A stretch of DNA of 64,000 bases, taken from a virus. Position 1 is the first letter of the stretch, and the number at the start of each line of letters is the position of its first letter. The position numbers and the translations under genes are program-made. The notes beneath the pieces are model-generated. The model saw nothing but the letters and a program-made list of their open reading frames with translations. It did no database searches and was not told the origin of the DNA. Shown piece by piece: positions 58,406 through 64,000 of this stretch. The stretch is from the IMG/VR virus record IMGVR_UViG_3300007169_000025, positions 32,001 to 96,000 of that record; one strand, 5' to 3'.

Positions 58406-59166
58406 GAAATAAATTATACACAACCGGTTGTAGTTTTACATACGGGCACATTCCAGATTCGTTAGCAAACGACCCGCAGGCTATTCAAAACTATACCAAG
58501 GAACCTTGTCCATGGACTTGGGCAGGACATATGAAGTCCCATTTTGACGAGTGTGTAAATGAAGCATGGGGTGGGGGCAGTAATCATAGAATGATACGCC
58601 GCTGTCATGAGTTTTTTAGTAATATAAACGATCCAGAGAATTGGGTAGCAGTAATTCAGTTAACTGATCCTTATAGATTTGAATACTTTGATAATGTTAT
58701 ACAGAACCATGTGGGTGTATTTCATTCAAACGAACATGTACTGTTAGACGATAAAACATCCAGATCAAAGACTATTGATTTAGACGATACGGTTCGTAGG
58801 TCCAAAACACCGGTAGCATATAGGATGCTGTTTTTAAATTATGATTTAATTGCAATAGAACTTTTTGAAAAATTGATTGCATTAACAAGATTTTTAGAAA
58901 GTAAAAATATTGAATATTTTGTTACCGCCATGTCAAACAAATGTGCGCCTGAAATAATCGCTAACGATTGTTCAAGCAATCACGCCAAGGATCTATTTAA
59001 GTTGTTGGATTTTGATAAAGTTGTTAGGTTACGGCCATTAAGCCATCAATTAGAAAACGAAGATGACTTTGAATCACCCACTGATCGGCATCCAAGTAAG
59101 CACGGGCATGAAAAGATTTACAGATACATATATAACCACCTGAAGAGTCGAGGACTAGTAGCATGA
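58402..59166 (+). CDS. SGNH-hydrolase-like protein
   Basis: GCSFTYG, N.A.GG.SN and D.HPS..GH blocks. Confidence 0.7.
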   Translation: MRNKLYTTGCSFTYGHIPDSLANDPQAIQNYTKEPCPWTWAGHMKSHFDECVNEAWGGGSNHRMIRRCHEFFSNINDPENWVAVIQLTDPYRFEYFDNVIQNHVGVFHSNEHVLLDDKTSRSKTIDLDDTVRRSKTPVAYRMLFLNYDLIAIELFEKLIALTRFLESKNIEYFVTAMSNKCAPEIIANDCSSNHAKDLFKLLDFDKVVRLRPLSHQLENEDDFESPTDRHPSKHGHEKIYRYIYNHLKSRGLVA

Positions 59167-60542
59167 GCGAAATAAAAGAATATACAGATGATGTGCAGGA
59201 ACTGTTTGTAAAGTTTCTAATCAGTGACGCTGACTTATTTGCTCGTTGTCAAAACATTATTAAACCAGAATTTTTTAATCGTAAGTTTAAAACTACAGTT
59301 GAACTTTTAAAGGGACACAGCGAGAAATATAACAGTATCCCTACATTAGAGCAGATTAATGCTATTGGTGGCCTAGACTTAGAAGTTATTCAAAACGTAA
59401 CACCTGACCATCAAAACTGGTTTATGGATGAGTTTGAGACTTTCTGTAGACATAAGGCATTAGAAAAAGCTATTATTGAAAGCACAGATTTGCTTGAAAA
59501 GCAAAACTATGGTGAAGTAGAAAACAAGATCAAAGCCGCAGTACAAACTGGGCTTGTAAAAGATTTAGGCTTAGACTATTTTGAAAATCCCAAGGAGCGA
59601 CTTGAGTGGATCAAGAAGCAAGCAGGTGCAATAAGCACTGGTTGGAAGGGCATTGATCAGAAACTGTATGGCGGCCTAAATCGAGGTGAAATCACTGTAT
59701 TCGCTGGCGGATCTGGTGCAGGTAAGAGTCTGTTCTTACAGAACTTTGGCGTCAACTGGAGTCTTGCAGGGCTAAACGTTGTTTACATAAGTTTAGAACT
59801 TAGTGAGCAACTTATTAGTATGCGATTAGACAGTATGGTCAGTGGACATGCTGCTCGTGAAATCATGCGTAATATCGAAGACGTTGATCTTAAAGTTCGT
59901 ATGAAAGGCAAAGGCAAGGGTAAATTTAGAATTAAACAGATGCCCAGCGGTATCAATGCTAATGATATCCGTGCGTTTTTGCGTGAATATGAAATCCAAA
60001 GCGGTACCAAAGTGGATGCATTGCTAGTTGACTACTTAGATCTAATGATGCCTATTGCTGCAAAGATTAGTGCAGAAAACTTGTTCGTTAAGGACAAGTA
60101 TGTATCAGAGGAATTGCGTAATCTAGCAGTAGAGCGTAACTTACTTCTAGTAACAGCATCGCAGCTAAATCGTGCAGCGGTAGAAGAAATTGAGTTTGAC
60201 CACAGTCATATTGCTGGCGGCATCAGTAAAATTAACACATCTGATAATGTTATCGGTATCTTTACAAGTAATGCTATGCGTGAGCGTGGACGCTATCAAA
60301 TTCAGTTTATGAAAACAAGAAGCAGTAGTGGTGTAGGCAGTAAAGTAGACCTAAAATTTAACCCCGATACACTTCGTATTGAAGATTTAGAAGAAGGCGA
60401 AGAGGATGCAAGCACAGTTACAACTAAGGGGCTTGTTGAGCAGTTAAAGCGTAGTGGTGCTATTAAGGCTGAAGAACCACAAGCACAGGAAACAGTCAAT
60501 TCCAGCCTTGCGTTGATGGACTTCATTAAAGGTAAAAAGTGA
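59163..60542 (+). CDS. DnaB-like replicative helicase (gp41-like)
   Basis: GGSGAGKS, SLELSE, VDYLDLM, TASQLNR and KTR motifs. Confidence 0.94.
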   Translation: MSEIKEYTDDVQELFVKFLISDADLFARCQNIIKPEFFNRKFKTTVELLKGHSEKYNSIPTLEQINAIGGLDLEVIQNVTPDHQNWFMDEFETFCRHKALEKAIIESTDLLEKQNYGEVENKIKAAVQTGLVKDLGLDYFENPKERLEWIKKQAGAISTGWKGIDQKLYGGLNRGEITVFAGGSGAGKSLFLQNFGVNWSLAGLNVVYISLELSEQLISMRLDSMVSGHAAREIMRNIEDVDLKVRMKGKGKGKFRIKQMPSGINANDIRAFLREYEIQSGTKVDALLVDYLDLMMPIAAKISAENLFVKDKYVSEELRNLAVERNLLLVTASQLNRAAVEEIEFDHSHIAGGISKINTSDNVIGIFTSNAMRERGRYQIQFMKTRSSSGVGSKVDLKFNPDTLRIEDLEEGEEDASTVTTKGLVEQLKRSGAIKAEEPQAQETVNSSLALMDFIKGKK

Positions 60543-60564
60543 TAAATATACTTAATACTAAAAC

Positions 60565-60849
60565 TTGGAGACCGTTGTGAGACGCAGTCGCAGTATTCTA
60601 GAAGAGCTTAATCAAATATCAATTGACAGGGACCGTAACCATGTAGTGGAAAATCGCGGTGAACATGTTATCAGAAGCGCAATTAATCTCTTAGAACAAA
60701 TTGACAGATACTACGATGATGAAACTGCTAAAGATCTAACCAATAGATTAATTAACAGTATTAAAGGTCGCGACAGCACAAAATTCTCCAGGGGCATTAA
60801 GAAAGTTATTCGAGAAAGCCAATCCGGAGAAGACGATGCGACTACATGA
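60565..60849 (+). CDS. Conserved hypothetical late protein
   Basis: Downstream of GATAAATA at 60541. Confidence 0.6.
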   Translation: METVVRRSRSILEELNQISIDRDRNHVVENRGEHVIRSAINLLEQIDRYYDDETAKDLTNRLINSIKGRDSTKFSRGIKKVIRESQSGEDDATT

Positions 60850-61708
60850 AATTGAAAACATCAACGAAGCACCATTAGATGTATTCAGACGCGGCGCAGC
60901 CGCTGCTAAAGCATTTATGCAAAAGCCACAGGGCACTGCCCCGGCCCCAACGCAGAGTGATGCACCAAAGGCAGCGCCGGGCCGTTTAAAGGATGGTACT
61001 AAAGATTCAGGATATACCTACGACGCCAAAACAAGAACATGGACACATCCAACTAAGGGCAAAGCAAGAGGCATGTTAAACCGTCAGCTTATGAATAAGT
61101 ACGGTGCGAACGACAGTGGTGAGCCTTTAACTCCATCAGTAGGTCAAAAGATTAGCCAAAAATTGGGAGGGCCGTTTGCACAAGGATTAGATCCTAAAGC
61201 CGGCATCGCACAAAAAATTGGTGCAAAAATTGGTTCAGCCCTTGGTCGTGGTGTGGCTGCATTAGTTCGTCCTAAAGATACAGATGGCGATGGTCAACCT
61301 GACACTGATCAAGATGCAGCACCTGCCGCAGCACCTGCTGCACAGCAACCGGCACCGTTAGCAAACTTTAAATTTGGTGATACCAGACCAGGTGTAGGCA
61401 GTTCAACTGATCAAGCACTGGGTAAGATAATAAAACAAATGAGAACATTCAAACCTGCACAAGGTGCTAAACCATTGCCAGGACATATGATCTCTAGTAT
61501 TGAAGATGATTTATCAAAAATGCGCGGCAATAAAGATTATGCTATTCGTGCTGGCGACGCAATTTTAAAATTTGCAGGAAAAGGATACGATGTATCAGCA
61601 TTACAGCAAAAATGGTCACAGGAAGCAGCTATTGCTAAAAAGCAAAGAATCATGCAGAGCAAGTTTAATGAAGAATTAAACATTTTAAGAAAATTAGCAG
61701 GTATCTAA
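60836..61708 (+). CDS. Putative internal head protein
   Basis: MRLHEIENINE leader, Ala/Lys-rich body and C-terminal ILRKLAGI. Confidence 0.5.
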   Translation: MRLHEIENINEAPLDVFRRGAAAAKAFMQKPQGTAPAPTQSDAPKAAPGRLKDGTKDSGYTYDAKTRTWTHPTKGKARGMLNRQLMNKYGANDSGEPLTPSVGQKISQKLGGPFAQGLDPKAGIAQKIGAKIGSALGRGVAALVRPKDTDGDGQPDTDQDAAPAAAPAAQQPAPLANFKFGDTRPGVGSSTDQALGKIIKQMRTFKPAQGAKPLPGHMISSIEDDLSKMRGNKDYAIRAGDAILKFAGKGYDVSALQQKWSQEAAIAKKQRIMQSKFNEELNILRKLAGI

Positions 61709-61709
61709 G

Positions 61710-62984
61710 ATGCGTTTTATTGAAATCTCAAAGCCCCTGATCACAGAGATTATTAGTGAAAGTCTAATCGCTGAAGCTGAAGGTAAGAACACTCACCTTG
61801 AGCATCTAGAGGATAACATCTTTAACAAGGGCTTTGCGGGCGCCAAGGAAGCGATTGATTATCTTTACAGCCTTCATGAAATGTTAGAAGGACACAGCAA
61901 AGGTGCAGTAAGCATGACCACTAAGTGGGACGGTGCACCAGCAGTAGTTGCCGGCCGTGATCCTGCCACTGGTAAGTTCTTTGTAGGCACTAAGGGTGTG
62001 TTTGCAAAAAGTCCAAAACTAAATTTTACTGTTGCTGACATTAAGGCAAACCATCCTGCAGAAGGATTGCAAGAAAAGTTGATTGTAGCCCTAAAGAATC
62101 TTAGTAAGTTAAAATGGAATACTGTTGTACAAGGTGACATGCTGTTCACACGCAGCGACCTTAAAGAAACTACTATTGACGGTGTAGAATATATTACATT
62201 TCAACCAAACACAATCGTATATGCAGTACCAAAGGACAGCGATCTAGCTAGACAAATTATGAGTGCCGAAATGGGTATTGTATGGCACACTGAATATCCA
62301 GGTGGCCCAACACTAGCAGACACTACTGCAACCTTTGGATTTGACAGTAGTCAGTTAGGCAGTACTCCTAGTGTATGGCATCGCGATGCTCGCATTCAAG
62401 ATCTTAGCGGTACAGTTACATTAACTGCCGCCGAAAGTGCAAATGTAATGGAAGCTATTAGCGAAGCTGATCATTATCTCAAAGGAATTCCTGCTGCTAC
62501 ATTTAGTTGGTTAGAGAAAGGCAATGAAATAATTGGTCCTGACTTTATACAGCAATTGAAAGCACACGTCAATAACAATATTCGAGCAGGCGCATTTGAT
62601 GCACCTGAAAAGTTTGCACAAGGTTTTGTACAGAAGTATATAGACTTCATGCAAAAGAAAATTGATGGCTACAAGACCGCAGAAAAGCAAGCAGCCGCCA
62701 CTGAACAACTAACACAAGGCGTGCAATTTATTAGACAGCATGTAGCTGATATTGTTGCTGTATATGATTTGTATCTTAAGATCATTGAAGCAAAAATTCG
62801 ACTAATCCGTAAGTTGGAACAGATCCGTCAGATACCTACATTTAAACAAGAGGGCGATGCATTCGTAGCAACCAACGAAGAAGGCTTTGTTGCTGTTGAC
62901 CGCATTGGTAATGCGCTTAAACTTGTTGACCGTTTAGAATTTAGTAGATTAAATTTTGGTAGTGGTAAGCCTGGGAGCAAGTAA
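61710..62984 (+). CDS. ATP-dependent ligase-fold (RNA ligase-like) nucleotidyltransferase, DUF6267-like
   Basis: Motif I TTKWDG, motif III QGD, motif IV EGFV and motif V ALKLV; N-terminal NTHLEHLED. Confidence 0.65.
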   Translation: MRFIEISKPLITEIISESLIAEAEGKNTHLEHLEDNIFNKGFAGAKEAIDYLYSLHEMLEGHSKGAVSMTTKWDGAPAVVAGRDPATGKFFVGTKGVFAKSPKLNFTVADIKANHPAEGLQEKLIVALKNLSKLKWNTVVQGDMLFTRSDLKETTIDGVEYITFQPNTIVYAVPKDSDLARQIMSAEMGIVWHTEYPGGPTLADTTATFGFDSSQLGSTPSVWHRDARIQDLSGTVTLTAAESANVMEAISEADHYLKGIPAATFSWLEKGNEIIGPDFIQQLKAHVNNNIRAGAFDAPEKFAQGFVQKYIDFMQKKIDGYKTAEKQAAATEQLTQGVQFIRQHVADIVAVYDLYLKIIEAKIRLIRKLEQIRQIPTFKQEGDAFVATNEEGFVAVDRIGNALKLVDRLEFSRLNFGSGKPGSK

Positions 62985-63745
62985 TGGAATTTCTGTTACT
63001 TGATAAGGTATTAACCGAGTCTAGACTATACAGATATAGTAGAAATTTTGCTGATCTTGATGGTAAAGATGTTGCTAATCTTTTGTATCTAACTACATTA
63101 GTTACATACATGCTTACGTTAGACGATGAAACTGAAGACTACGGTTTAACTTATGCTAAGAAAACTGTACAGTACGGTGGTTACTTATTATTTAGGACAC
63201 ACGCCACCGACTTGTATCTATTAGCATATGCTGTAGCTAATCCTCAGAATAAGCAAGTCAACTTAAAAAATTCCAGTAGTAACGAATATCTAGGAAGATT
63301 AAAATTTCAACCAAAGCTGCATTGGCGATTCATTATGGATATGTCCAATGGATTGGTTACTAGTAACGATGCATATTCTAATCTCTATAGATTTGAAACA
63401 CAACTAAAAATTACTGATAGTAGATACAAGCGTTGGCGCCGATTGATTTTAGATTGGCGTAATCTAAAGAATATACAGAAGCAATTAGTTGTGGCTCAAG
63501 TAACACAAGAGTTTAGAAAAATTGCTCGAGGATCAGAATTATTAGTACCATTAACTGATATGTTAAAAGATCGAAACTATGTGAATTCAGATCTTGCTGC
63601 ACCTGCTGCTGATATATCCAGCGATGCTGTTGCAGCCGCAGCAACCGCAGCTCTTGCAAACAAACTGTCAACTCAAGTTGGTACACAAAATCTAGGCACA
63701 GGTATTGGCGCTTTAGCTGCATATTGGAATCGACGTCGAGCCTAA
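62984..63745 (+). CDS. Hypothetical protein
   Basis: 253-aa ORF translationally coupled to the ligase-like gene. Confidence 0.65.
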   Translation: MEFLLLDKVLTESRLYRYSRNFADLDGKDVANLLYLTTLVTYMLTLDDETEDYGLTYAKKTVQYGGYLLFRTHATDLYLLAYAVANPQNKQVNLKNSSSNEYLGRLKFQPKLHWRFIMDMSNGLVTSNDAYSNLYRFETQLKITDSRYKRWRRLILDWRNLKNIQKQLVVAQVTQEFRKIARGSELLVPLTDMLKDRNYVNSDLAAPAADISSDAVAAAATAALANKLSTQVGTQNLGTGIGALAAYWNRRRA

Positions 63746-63823
63746 CTTAATTTAAATTTTCAAATTTTGATAAATAAACTTATACAAGCACGAAAGTGTG
63801 TATAATATTTTAGGAGAATAACA

Positions 63824-64000
63824 ATGGCCCAGACAAGAGTAAATGGTGGTGCAGCATCAGGTCAGTTTCTAACAGGCGCACTAACATGGTTCAAGATTGA
63901 CGAAGTTAACGGTGCAGCAAACATTGCAAACTTTGGCTTCACAGCCGGATCAGCAGATCCAGGTGAGAAGGTACTAAATGCTTTCGCAACTGTTGCTAAC
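63824..64000 (+). CDS. Putative virion structural protein, 3'-partial
   Basis: GATAAATA at 63769 and an AGGAG Shine-Dalgarno; MAQTRVNGG... stays open to the window end. Confidence 0.65.
   Translation, partial: MAQTRVNGGAASGQFLTGALTWFKIDEVNGAANIANFGFTAGSADPGEKVLNAFATVAN

Overview
This 64 kb window comes from a large, AT-rich T4-like (myovirus, probably jumbo) phage genome read in the standard genetic code. Virion genes: tail fibres, neck gp13/gp14/gp15-like, sheath gp18, tube gp19, gp4 and terminase. Replication/recombination genes: gp32, UvsX, UvsY, UvsW, gp62-like, gp61 primase, gp41 helicase, ThyX and dNMP kinase. No portal, major capsid protein, full-length DNA polymerase, tRNA, CRISPR array or mobile element was recognised. 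The most notable items are: (1) a tightly coupled curli-type secretion and signalling operon (CsgF, CsgG, two curlin-repeat proteins, FecR-domain protein, CHASE2 adenylyl cyclase) behind a late promoter; (2) a five-enzyme biosynthetic cluster (PLP aminotransferase-like, amidinotransferase, 2OG-Fe oxygenase, NDP-sugar dehydratase, B12 radical SAM) within the neck-gene region; (3) a 195-aa miniature DnaE that keeps all catalytic motifs; (4) seven genes whose ATG lies exactly 5 nt after a GATAAATA-type late promoter, implying leaderless mRNAs; (5) an RNA-ligase-like protein with a putative prohead-protease-cleaved leader; (6) structured RNA leaders and IHF-consensus sites. All assignments come from motif recognition by eye; no database searches were run.
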